The position numbers were made by a program, and so were the translations under genes. From positions 21,485,867 to 21,549,866 of the forward strand of contig OZ316894.1 of assembly GCA_973895155.1 (NCBI GenBank): DNA of 64,000 nt. The letters run 5' to 3'. Positions 50,103 through 61,880 of the stretch are shown piece by piece. Source of the DNA: Marsupella aquatica. Taxonomy: Eukaryota; Plantae; Marchantiophyta. The number at the start of each line of letters is the position of its first letter. Within the stretch, counting starts at the first letter, position 1. The notes beneath the pieces were generated by a model. It was given only the letters and a program-made list of their open reading frames with translations. It ran no database searches and was not told the DNA's origin.

Positions 50103-52495
50103 ATGACGACAGGAGGTGCAGACGGGAAGGAGAAGGACGTAGTGCTCATAACGGGATGTTCTGATGGAGGAATCGGAGCTGCATTGGCCCTGGAATTCGC
50201 TAAGGCCGGATTTAGCGTTGTGGCGACCTCCCGCTCCGTGAGCACCATGAAGGAGCTCAGCTTGAATGCGAACATCCATCCCCGGGCTCTGGATGTCACA
50301 GACTACGAAGGCGTGAGTTCGTCTCTTTCTCTCTTTTGCCAGATCGATCTCCTCTTGGATCAATTTCAGTGGTGGTCCCTTCCCTCCCTGGGAGTTCTCT
50401 ACAAACGTTCGCTATCGTTACCGGTTCTCGCTGCCAAATACCTCTAACTCAAAAGATAAATTTCTTTCGTTTCGATTGTGTATTTTACAGGTTTTGGACA
50501 GGTTTTGTAAATGTTTTGGTCGGGTTGTCTGTCGGATCGTTTATACTTGGAATGCTGTTCCTTTGCAGTTCTCTGATGCTTTGTATGATCTGGTCGGATG
50601 ACGTATATTTGTCAAAACACTTTTCATCAGTTCATTCTACGACTTGTTTTGATCAGAGAACTCATGAAGTATGAGCATTTTGTGTCTGGTGCAATGCCAT
50701 GATTGGGTCCCCGGATTCAAAATGGTATTCCTGTATACTTTGTCTCTTCCCAGCATGTATGTGCTACTTTCCCTTTCTCTGAGCCAGAAAGCTGCATATA
50801 GAATTATTGGACAGTTTTGGTTTGAGCAGCGAAGCTTAGGTGATGATCATGGTCGTCTGTTGCTTGTCCACTTTATATTACAAATTCTTTATGTTCTGCA
50901 TTCTCCAGGTCTGTGTTACGGGACTGTAAATAAGCTCACCAGCTAGATTGTGAAAATCCCGCAAATATATGTCCACGCATGGTAAAGATGCATTAAGGGA
51001 GCCTCTGTCACTTTACAAGTCAATTGAATCTTTGTAGAGCGCAATCGGAAGTTGCACTCAAACTAGATCCTTGAGGTTGGGGAATTCAGCTGTTTGCGAC
51101 AGACGCCGTGAGCAGTCATCGAACCGGGATATTTGCAACTTCGGTTAAGGATCTAGAGATAGTGGAGATATTTAATTCAAGGACAATTCGAGATCGAACC
51201 AGATCGCTTTTGACTCAATCCAGGGGAGGCAAGAGTACCTGTATAGACATTCAGAGAAATGAAAAATGGAAAAATGAAAACACGAGCATCTAATAGAAAA
51301 TTGAGATGCTGGGCTAGGATAATGGGATGTGCACTGGAAAAGAGTGGTTACATACTTCAAGGCATTTATGCTTGTTGCTCATCACAAAAGGTGATATGTG
51401 CAGGCAAGGGCTGGCGTGGAGAGCGTTGTAGCAGAGTTTCGGCATATTGACATCTTAATTAACAACGCAGGAGTGCCCTGCGTGGGCCCTGTTGCTGAGC
51501 TCCCTATCTCATTTCTTGAGTCCACTTTCAAGACTAACGTCTTTGGTATTTTTTTTTCTTTTCCATTTGATCTGAAAGGACATTTGTGGAGTGTGGCTAC
51601 GGGAAACATTTCGAACTTTTCCGAAGTATGAGTGCTTGCTGCTGTTAGTGACATGTGTTTTATTTGATCATTTCTGAATGGAGACCATGTGGTTGTGAGC
51701 TGTTCAGGGCCACTTGTGCTGGTAAATGCAGTGGTGCCACACATGGTGGCAAGGGGAAAGGGGAGGATCGTCAATGTGGGGAGTATTGTATCTCTTTGTT
51801 ATGGTCCATGGGCTGGTGGCTACATCAGCTCCAAAGCAGCCATCGAGGCCCTGACTGATGCTCTAAGGTCAGCTACCGGCATAATGTCGTATCCATAGAG
51901 CCTATTTGTATTGAGAGAATTGTACCATTCTCCTAGTGTATATTTGTTGCAGAAATATCAATGGGATATGGGAACTAGACCCCTGACTTCATTCACATTT
52001 TGATATTTCATTTCCTCCATAATTTGTAATCCTAACTCGTGTCAGGTTGGGCAGATGCGTGACTCAAGATGTCTATTGAAACGGAGTCGGATGTAATTGT
52101 TTGTGTTTGGCAGGTTGGAGCTGAGGCCTTTCGGTATAGACGTCGTGTTGGTTATGCCAGGGGCCATTGTTTCAAAGATTGGAGAACGTTCAATCTCTCG
52201 TTACCAAGAAGGCGTACTCCACAACCTCAAAATTTACAAGTCCTTTGAGCAACAGCTTATCGACCGGGCAATATCATCTCAAGGCCCTAAGAGCACTCCC
52301 ACGGCATTGTTTGCAGAAAAGGTGGTAGCCCAGCTGTTGGCGAAATCTCCTCCTGCCCACTTTCTTTACGGTCGCTATACCACAATTTTCTCCATCCTCT
52401 TCTACGCACCTTATTGGCTTCGTGATTTTATTTGGGCCAAAGTTTTTAGACTGGACGGAAAGGTGACAAACTTAACGAACAAGAAATCTGACTGA
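50103..52495 (+). CDS. Classical short-chain dehydrogenase/reductase (AYR1/17-beta-HSD-like), 4 exons
   Basis: Exons 50103-50312, 51404-51545, 51708-51867, 52114-52495 join in frame. Motifs TGCSDGGIG, ILINNAG, NVGS, YISSK (YxxxK) and LRLELRPFGIDVVLVMPG. Confidence 0.93.
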
Positions 52496-53814
52496 AAGAT
52501 ACCCGCCAGCACGATTACAGTTTACATGATCCACATACCAATACTTGGCTTCTCAGCCATAGAGCCTCTCATGTGTCATCGAAGAGTCCCTTTGTTAACC
52601 CTGAAATGGACAGCATGTTGTGCCCAATCTTTGGCTGGGTATGTGGTGGTCGTGCTTTGCCCAACTGGTATGTTTCATGTACAGTAAGCTTGATGATTCT
52701 TCATTCCCCAATAAATTCTGATTCGCAGAGGAAACTCCTGTGCGAATGCAATTGCAGCAGAGATTTCAAAATCGTCTCGTGCTCCTTTCTACATTTTGTC
52801 AGGGCTGATGTAGCTCATATAAAAGTCCAGTGTTATCTGAAGATAATACCTCCTTTGAGTTGACTTACACGATCTGAGGGCATTGGAACAGCCTCTGACG
52901 CTCGGAGATTGATTGTTACAGATCCTCATTAAAGAGCTACTTGAACACGACTGCTCGCAATCGTTTTAGCGCGTTTGGCAAACTGAATCTGAGGAAAGGT
53001 CCACTTAATTGAAGTTAAGGGTTTGCAGGACTCGCAGACAGGCCTTAGTGTCATAACCTAGATTTGGGAACTGCCCCTCAGGAAAATACCGAAAGTTCTT
53101 TTAAGGAAGCCACCGTCAGTGTTGCATAATGTGAATTGCTGCTCAAGTCATTAAGTCCAATCTGCTCGAATGATCTGCCAAATCTCACTTCCCTAAAAGT
53201 GCAGATGAAGTGGCAATGTGAGAGTTCTCAGAAACGCGATTCTGTTAGTATCTAATGGTCGACTGACAAAAACACAAATTATGCACACAAATTATGCAGA
53301 TATTCCATCAAAATCTGGGGCGTTACATACCCTCATTAAAGAGCTCGAATCATTGGAACAACTTTTCACAAATATGGAAAATGTGCGTTCATTGCCTACT
53401 ATACCACATCCAAATACACCACACGCAAATTGGAATGCACAACTTAGTCATTTTTATCAAAGTGAATTGGTAGAAACAATTTTGACCAACCATAGGAGGA
53501 AATCATAATTCTCTATAAAGGATACTTAACCATTCAATCATTCTCTTTTTGATTGTCCTGCCAATGTGAAAGCGATTGTCCTCAGGGTTACTCCTTAGCA
53601 GGAGGTCATGCGCTGTACGTCAATGTGCTCTCCCTGTCTCTCTTGTTCTAACCCTCATTACTCTCCTTCCTTGGTCCTCTCCAGAGGCATTGTTGACAGT
53701 ATATGAGACACCTCATTCAAATTTTCTCGTGTCAAAGTTCCCTTGTCCTTGGGCAGACTCGTATTCATGTGAATATATACACGTCCATAATTACAGCCAA
53801 CAAGCTAATTCTGG

Positions 53815-56800
53815 CTACAGTTTTGCCATAAGTCTAGCCTTAACATTGGTCATTAGATCGTTGACGTAACCAGGGTCAAGTTCAAGTTCGATGTCAAGTT
53901 CCTTCACCTGATTCTTAAACATCTCCGTCTGTATGATCCACCAACCACAGAAAAAATGAGCAAATGGTACCTCTTTCGACTGCAAAGAATATTAAAATCT
54001 TCGGACACAGCACACAAATCATTTCAAAGTAAAATCCTCAAACGGTTGAATCTCAAACAAAGGCCGCTCTTGAACAGGATAGTCATCCTAGAATATCAGG
54101 AATTCTCGAAGAGCTTCATATAATTGAAACCCATCCACCCACCCACACACACACCCAATATCTGGATGGTAGTAAAGACGCTCATTATCATATACACATC
54201 ATTCAAGCAGAAGGTCGCATCAAGGTTAAGTGGACCTGCCTTTAGAGCCCTATAATTAATCCGATCAAACTTTCTTGCTGCCAGTGCCTTAGCTGTAAAA
54301 TGGACCACATAGATTGTCAATACTTATTTTGTATTTCTTAGGAGTCAACAATGCTTGTTCAAGATAACCAGCGACCGGTAACAACGTTCGATGAATGCCA
54401 TTTCTACCATGATAAACGCCTGCATGTAAAATCGTCTTTCATTCATGCTCGTTTATCCAAAAGCCAACTACGAGAAGATAATGTTGCCGAAGTTTTCGGA
54501 TTGTATGTACCATTTTTTAAAGCTTCTTCCAATGTGGAGGCAGCATCTGGTAAAGCGGCATCTACAAAACCATTCTCCACAGCAGTCTTGGCAGTGAATT
54601 TATGACTGCACATTGACAAAGCCATCAACCAGGTCAGAAGAAACATTGACATCTTTGATGCTGACCTTTTCAGAAAACCCAAAGCACATCCAATTGAACA
54701 AACTGAAATTGGACAATAAATTTCATTTCCATTTCAGTTCAGCATTCTGTTTTGAGAGAAACAACATCAGCCGTTGAGACGACACCTTTCAATAGAGAGA
54801 AGGATCGTCATACCCACTAAGAACAGCTTTATAGAACGCACTCCCAGGAATTTTGGCTTGAATTAATGCATTCATGCCAGGACTCAAAGGAATACTTATG
54901 TCAACCTGTCACAGCAAGATCCTTAGTGAGTTAAAGGGGCTGGAGAGTGGTAACGTTCATTTATCCTATTGTCGAAGGAATGCTAAGTCTAACAGGGATA
55001 TATTGGAAGCCATAGCTGGAGCTCGTTGTGACAGAAAATGAGTGCAGTTATAAATTTATATTTCTATCTTCAATAACTCCTATTGTTTTTCCTTCTGGAA
55101 AAGACTTGTCCTATGTCGAGGTCCTTTGTAGTAAATTTATGATAGCAAGCATTATGACATACTTCGCTGAGGAAAATGAAGCCTCTGTCATAAGACATGA
55201 ATCGGTAGTCGTGTGCCAAGGCCACCATGCAGCCTCCAGCTGAAGCATGACCACTGCCCCATCACATCCGGAACCATAAGAAAAATGTATCCCAATCAGA
55301 TAATCTCACCAACCACTTCTCTAAGAAGAAGCCTACCCCAAAAGACCTAATCAAGGTACATTGTACAATAGCTTTACAGGCACAGCTAGAGACCTACATA
55401 TTGGCCAAACTGTACATCTGAGAGGAAATCTCCAACGGATTACCCAAATGGGCTTTTTGACAAGTAAATTTCTACGTCTAAAATAAGAAGAAGGGCCCGT
55501 CCTTACCGGACAGCAGCAATAGTTGGCAGTGGAAACAGCAAGATTCTTTTCAAAAGTTCATGGAAGCCGAAATGGACATGCTGTCAATAAAAGCAGTTGC
55601 AACTTTGAATGTGTATACAGTCTCGCATACGGTGCTTACCAGACGGCAGCAATTACTGGTATTGGGAACAGCAACAATCTTTTCAGAAGCTTATGAAAAG
55701 CGGCATTAATCAGCTGCCAAAGGTCAAGCAAGGTACAGTAGATGTTGAGGAGCACAATACAAACATCTCTTGATCTAGGACTCTAGTGATTCATTGACAA
55801 ATTTGCTTTTCATAATCATTTTCCCACGACCAGACTTTTGCAATTGAGGAAACTGAACTACGTGGCGTAGAGTATCCCAGTAACGCACCACAAACTGGCT
55901 CGGGTCCTTCAGGCAAACTGCAAGATCCAACCCATTGGAGAAGAACTTCCCCTGACAGAGTGGCATTTCAAGCTCCCAATCAATACAATGAGAATATTCT
56001 TGTAGGAAAATAAACATGACCAGTGACCATTTTTTTAAGAAATTCAATTAATTTGAAACATGCCATCTGACCTAAAAGAATACCTTGAATCTGGCCAACA
56101 ACAGCATTATTTACGAGAGAATGGTACGGCTTTCAATGTGAAAAGATTCCCAGAGGAGATCAAAACCGAAGTGCCTAGGATGTAGATCGCAATGTCCATG
56201 ACCACAATGTCTATTGGTAAGCAGTGGAGTTCGTGAACAAAGGAAATACCTCGTTTGTGGTAACCAAAGCTGCCGCATTTGGGTCCTTCTCTACCTGAAA
56301 AGGTCCACTTGAGCCGATTAATTTAGTCAACCTCTCTCAAAAAGCAAAAACCTTGCCTAAGTGATGAATACGAGGGAAACAATACACGTCACAGGAATGG
56401 CAGAGAGACTTATACGAAAGTCTCCGAAACAAGAAACCTCATCAAGAGCGCGGTTGATGGCAGCTATACTCGTTACGTTGAATCTGCATGGTTTACATCA
56501 TCAAATCAGTTCATGTTTTTGAAAAGATAGATATCCTAATCGTCATGAACGAATTCAGCTTCGAACACTCCAGAGAAGGCATCACACTCTCACGCAGGAG
56601 TTCAGCTAGGCCTTTCGGAGAGGCAGAAATTCAATTGTCATAATCGAGTTGCACTGGGAAAGGCAATTCAACGCTCATGCTCAAAATCAACTTGAAATTT
56701 TGCAGAGGGAAAGTCTCAATTGTCATGCCGCAGTTCAACTCGGCAAATTGGAAGACAGTCACCTCCAGTCCAAACATTCAACTCAGCAAACTGCTTACAA

Positions 56801-57312
56801 TTCCTGTCCATTAGACTATAAAGCTCCGACGGGACCCACCCTATGAGATCATTCCAACACAACCCTTTGGAGACAGAACCAGTCTGCACTGTGCTAAGGA
56901 GGACAAACAATCACCCTAGAGATTGACAATTCCAATTCGAATTCGACGGAAGCTGCCTCCTATCGTTGGACATCTAGATGAGACAACAACCAGCCAATAG
57001 AAGGCAATGAAGAGTTCTTCCAGCCGATCCCTTTGTACACACCGCCCGTCTGGTGGGTTGCATTGAATGGACAGAACAGAACAGAACAGAACAGAACAGA
57101 ACAGAACAGAACGGCCATCGCTTTAAGCAGAGGGACAATGTACAAGTCGAGAAATCGCGGAGCACCAGACCACAATTGGCTAACACGAGCGAGAGAAATG
57201 CAATTCTTGGACCAAAACACAAAACAAACCTGTGCTCTCCATTTCCAGCGAGCGTCAGCAAGTACACATTCCCAGGCAACGACGAGACCGTCACAGCGAA
57301 CTTCTCAGTCAT
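53815..57312 (-). CDS. Peroxisomal delta3,delta2-enoyl-CoA isomerase (crotonase family, ECI/IBR10-like)
   Basis: Exons in order: MTEK..YLLTLAGNGEHR (57312-57230), FNVTSIAAINRALDE, VEKDPNAAALVTTNE, GKFFSNGLDL..QFV, alternative exon 55640-55713 or 55507-55580, GHASAGGCMVALAHDYRFMSYDRGFIFLSE, VDISIPLSPG..VLSG, HKFTAKTAVENGFVD, AKALAARKFDRINYRALK, TEMFK..RLMAKL*. The C-terminal AKL is a PTS1 signal. Confidence 0.92.
57071..57112. repeat. (ACAGA)n pentanucleotide microsatellite in ECI intron 1
   Basis: Eight perfect ACAGA units. Confidence 0.95.
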
Positions 57313-57954
57313 TTTGTTTCGTTCTTCTGTGAATCTCAGACCTCAAAGAGGGCACCGCCAGGGAGCAATGAAGGTCGATGACAGAGTACCCACAAAGGAA
57401 CCAAACCCAATTGTGCAGTGCTCACATTCACTCCAATTTCTCCGATCTACTACTAGAGTGTTGGAGACACTACTGTCCATACCACACATAGAAATTTGCT
57501 CTCGTGTACCTACCTACCTTCGAGAGATGGGGCTCTCTAGAGTAGTTGGGGCTTCGTCCTCCCCTTCCAGTCAGGCAATTTTTTTTGCTTGAAGGCTTTG
57601 GTTGCCTTCCAGTGAGGCAACTCTTCATCAGAGAGTGTTTTTTTGGGGGTTGCCTTGATACCTAAAGGAGACCCATCCAAGAGATGATAGATTGTCTATT
57701 TTGGGAGCATACACCTTTGGAGTGTAGCCACAAGGGGACTATATTTTGGAGCATGCACCTTTGTTAGTGTAGCCACAAGGGGGACGATACCCAGGGAGCC
57801 TACAAGGACCAGTACCAGGAGGGAGAGAGTGTTGAACTAGGGCCCAAAAGCGGCCAGCTATGGGCCAAGAAGAAACCAGTACTCTCACCACTACACCCCG
57901 GCAAAAACATAGACACAAACACCCTCCACAGCCCTTGCGTGTGGAGTGGGGGGA

Positions 57955-58430
57955 TTGAACTTGAAGGAGTGTTTGTGACTCAACAGATGAAGTCAGTTAT
58001 GGTGTAAGGCAAATATTTTTGCCTCGAGTGACTACTTTGGCTCAATGAGTGGAGTCCCTTGTGGCATGGGACAATTTGTTTTTGCCTTGTAAGGAGTATT
58101 TTTGACTCAACAGATGAAGTCAGCTGTGGTGAGGCAAATCATTTTGATGGAGTAATTTTGGCTCAAGAAGTGGAATCAATTGTGGTGTCACGCAAATGTT
58201 TTTGCCTTGAAGGAGTGTTTTTTGGCTCAACAAGTGAAGTCCTTTGTGGTGTAAGGCAGATCTTCTTGTTTTGTAATGGGTCTTTTTGACTCAACAAGAG
58301 GAATCTATTGTGGTGTGGCAAATCTTGTTGCTTTGAAGGAATATTTGTGACTCAACAAGTGAAGTGACTTGTGGGGCCAATTGTCTTTGCCTTGAACGAG
58401 TGTTTTTTACTCAACCAACTGAAGCCCCTT
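57955..58430. repeat. Degenerate ~55-60-bp tandem repeat array
   Basis: Recurring ttttgccttgaaggagtgttt.t(g)actcaac..gtgaagtc...tgtggtgt..ggcaaat, about 8 units. Confidence 0.75.
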
Positions 58431-60437
58431 TTTATGGATCTAAAAATATGACAGACAGAATTGAGCATGAGCATGGGTGAAGAAGTTCGCATGGTAGCTG
58501 GGGAGGTGGGCGAGAAAAGATTTGTTGAGATGTCCGTTGACGCACCCTTCGGTCATGTACCTGTTTATGAATTCTCAGATTTACTCCATTGCCTCTTTTT
58601 TGGAGTTATATGCTTGATGGGCCCTCTACGGAACCTTTCTTACCTGATGGGCCCCTATGGAACTTTTTTTACCCAATAGGCCCCCTGTCAGTATTTTTTG
58701 TAAGAAGATCTTATCATGGGCACTATAACGGGATTTTCCGCCTTGCAGTGACCAACCACATTTTTAAAAAAGACTATGGTCAACACCGAGTCCAGGCAAA
58801 CTGCATGGTCGGACCGTGCGGTCGACCCTGCATGGTCGATCGACAAACCATGGAAATTATCCGGGACAAACCGCGAAAAGCCGCCGCTGCCAAAACTGCG
58901 ATGTGAAGACAATATTCATTATGTCTTCGGATTCGCAATTTTACCAATCGCTGGGTAGTCATGACGTTTGCTTGTATGGGTTTTTTGGTGACTCAACACC
59001 GTGCAGGAGGCCACCCCTGCATGGTCGAAGAAACAAAGAAATATGTGGGAGAAACACGTGAAACCGCGGACATGAAGTGGGAGAACCACAAAAAGCGGCC
59101 GCGGCTGCCCAAGCCGCGACTTGAATACAATATGGATTATGTCTTCAGATTGAAAATTTTACCGTATCGCAGGGTCGTCATTAGGTTTGGTTTTCACACG
59201 GTGCACACGGGTTTTTCACGATGTTTTCATGTGTGGCTGTCAGCGTCAGTGCGGAGTACCTGCGGAGTACCTCCAAATGTGCACAGTGAATATTGAAGTC
59301 CAATGATCACATTCTCCTATGACAATGAACATGTTAGGTGCAGATGAAGAGGATAATGAAGCAGTGCAAGTGCATCTCTGGCGTAGAGGGGACGTATGCG
59401 ATGTGGACATCCCGGAAGCTGACAGACCGCCACCTCAAGAGAGTCCATGTTTTGGAAGGAGAAAGAGACCCGCCTCAAACCTGGCAGCAATTCTGGAAGG
59501 GAAGAGTCCTGAGCAAGGTGAGAATTCGGTTTAGGGTCTTCACATATAGTTTTCCTTGTGTTAGACCCCCTCATGTTATGTGGCATCCTTGCAAAGAAAG
59601 AACATTAGGCACAGCAAGAAAGAACATTTGGCACAATATTAGTAAGAAGGCTCTTACATATGTCACATTAATGTTGGGTCTTCGGGCCCGGCATGCTTGG
59701 GGTTCTGGGAGGCAGCAGGGACCATGGATGAAATCCGCATAGACCGACAATATTAGTTTTTGCTTCAATCCAATGGCCACGTATGAGGCCAGGTGTGTTT
59801 GTGTCGTGAGATGATTCCTTACTGTAGAGGAGGCGTGTACATAAAAGCATGAACTTGTATGAGTTTAACCTTTATTTGATTTATTCTTGCTTTGTCAAAT
59901 TTACCCAAATACAAGTTTAAGTAAACCATTATGCACCCCCTCCGACCTTTTGTATTGTATAAGGTGAGGCAAGAATAACAACCCCATAAAACTCATCCTA
60001 TACCTCCATTGTTCAAATGAGGCCATTTAGTGAGTTATGCCTCTGGCCTAGAAGTAATGAAAGAAGGCCTACCCTAAACCCTAAACCGTCTTTGAGACTA
60101 GTAGTAGCCTATACACCCTAAACCCTCTTTGAGGCTACTAGTAGCCTATACACCCTAAACCCTATACATTTGTACAAAAAGTAGGGCTTCAATTACACCC
60201 AAGAATAGAATATGTATGGATGTTTGACTTGAAGTGGGTCAAGAGATTGACAAAATTGATCCCCCTCCTACCTTTTCCTTTTCTTTTGCAAAATATGTTG
60301 TGAATTAATGGGGTACCTAAAAATTGGTATAACACCCTCAGTGCTACAAAACTCCTAAGTAAGGCCTAGTTTTGTCAATTGAGCATATATATGTAGCAAG
60401 TTCATTAAGAGCCCTAAACCCTAAACCCCTAAACCCT

Positions 60438-60748
60438 ACTAACCTGTCCCCCAAATTACCTAATATTGCTAAGGTGCCCCCAAAACAATTTTTTTTATCA
60501 ACGTGTCCCCCATTTCGTATTTGTATCAATATTAAAATGTATATGGGTTCCCATTACCATCTGGCAAGTTGTTATTGGATCGTATGAGCCCATAAGGGCA
60601 CCTCTTCATCGGCCTCACTTGGTTACGGGAACCCATATATGAGTTAATATTAACCCAAATTCAAAATGGGGGACAATTAAGTTAATAATTAATTTTGTCT
60701 GAGGAACAAGTTAATAATATTGGGTAGTAGTTTAGGGGACAAGTTAGT
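60438..60748. mobile_element. ~310-bp foldback/hairpin element nested in the MULE
   Basis: ctaacctgtcccccaaattacctaatatt (~60439) pairs with the reverse complement of ~60715-60747. tgtcccccattt...atatgggttcccattacca (60504-60559) pairs with tggttacgggaacccatatat...aaatgggggaca (60620-60675). Confidence 0.6.
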
Positions 60749-61641
60749 AAAAAACTCTAAGAGCATAAGCATCCAGAGTAGGTGTGACAGGTCCATTAAC
60801 AACATAAACATCCTGATAAGTTTGTACAAACATGCTGAGTATGTATGGTGGCTACCCTGAAAAAATGGTGATTTGAAGTCCAAAATACAGCATGCAATGA
60901 ATGAAACATGTGAACACAACATGATTATTGTCTTCATTCCACGCTTCCACCCAAATTGTGCCGTTGCAAGAGGGGGGCAATTTGAGTGTTTGGATGCTCC
61001 TTGGACAGAAGAACGATGGTTACCAGGGGGGCATGGGTCAAAGTTACTTGATTTTGTTCCTACAATGTTACGCAACTTCGGGTGTATGTACATGAAGACA
61101 ATATGGTTTTTGTCTTTGTACCAAAGTAGGAAAATATATGGGTTGTTGCAGCGGACACTCGATTGCAGATCCCGTTCAGGAAGGTCGAAGGTCGCGAGGT
61201 AGACCTTGGCGCAATTTGCTGCTAAACAGACAGGCTGGGCCAATAGTAATGGAATACAACGCCATGAGGCAGCAAAGAATAGCTCAATACACATTGCACA
61301 GAAATGGACGTCCATGCACTCAACATTGCAAATTCCAATAATTGCTTCAATTGCTGATTTCAAAATGTGTGGAGTACATCTGCGTATGCAGTCTTCAAAA
61401 TTTGCAAAACTACAATTACTTCTGCTGCTAGCCTCTACCTAGCCTGCAACGAGTTACAGTGGGAGCTCAGGGAATCTTGAATTGTACCCATCACCTCAGC
61501 CAATCGTAAGCTATACCCATTACCCCGTATGGGTCTAATGTTCATTGCTACAGAAAATCTCCTCACAACAGTCACATTTGAACACTTCATGGCCAGACTC
61601 GTCTATTCCAAGCAATTCAACATTGACCCTATGCCTATCGG

Positions 61642-61880
61642 CTAGATAAGGAGCCTTCCACTGTGCACCCAATTGAACTGACGCTGTAGCCATGTCTCAG
61701 CTTCAGAGTGGGACTTGAAGGACTTATGATTTGCTCCACTAAAACCAGTGACCTGAGCCTCTGCCTCCTCCCAAGTGCGGTAAATCCCAGGACTCCTGCC
61801 CTTTGCAATTGCATACCATTTCTTTGGAGAGGGCGCGCCTAGATAACAATTGTAAGGCAAAGCAATCGACAGCCTTCTAG
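61642..61880 (-). other. RNase H1 N-terminal hybrid-binding (caulimovirus viroplasmin-like) domain fragment within the MULE
   Basis: KKWYAIAKGRSPGIYRTWEEAEAQVTGFSGANHKSFKSHSEAETWLQ fits the Y-A-V-x-x-G-R-x-x-G-I-Y-x-x-W..V-x-G-F..K-S-F..EA consensus. No catalytic RNase H domain follows. Confidence 0.85.

Noticed and set aside
57033-57592. ORFs with TEQNR repeats
   Set aside because: Artefacts of the (ACAGA)n microsatellite, antisense to ECI exon 1.
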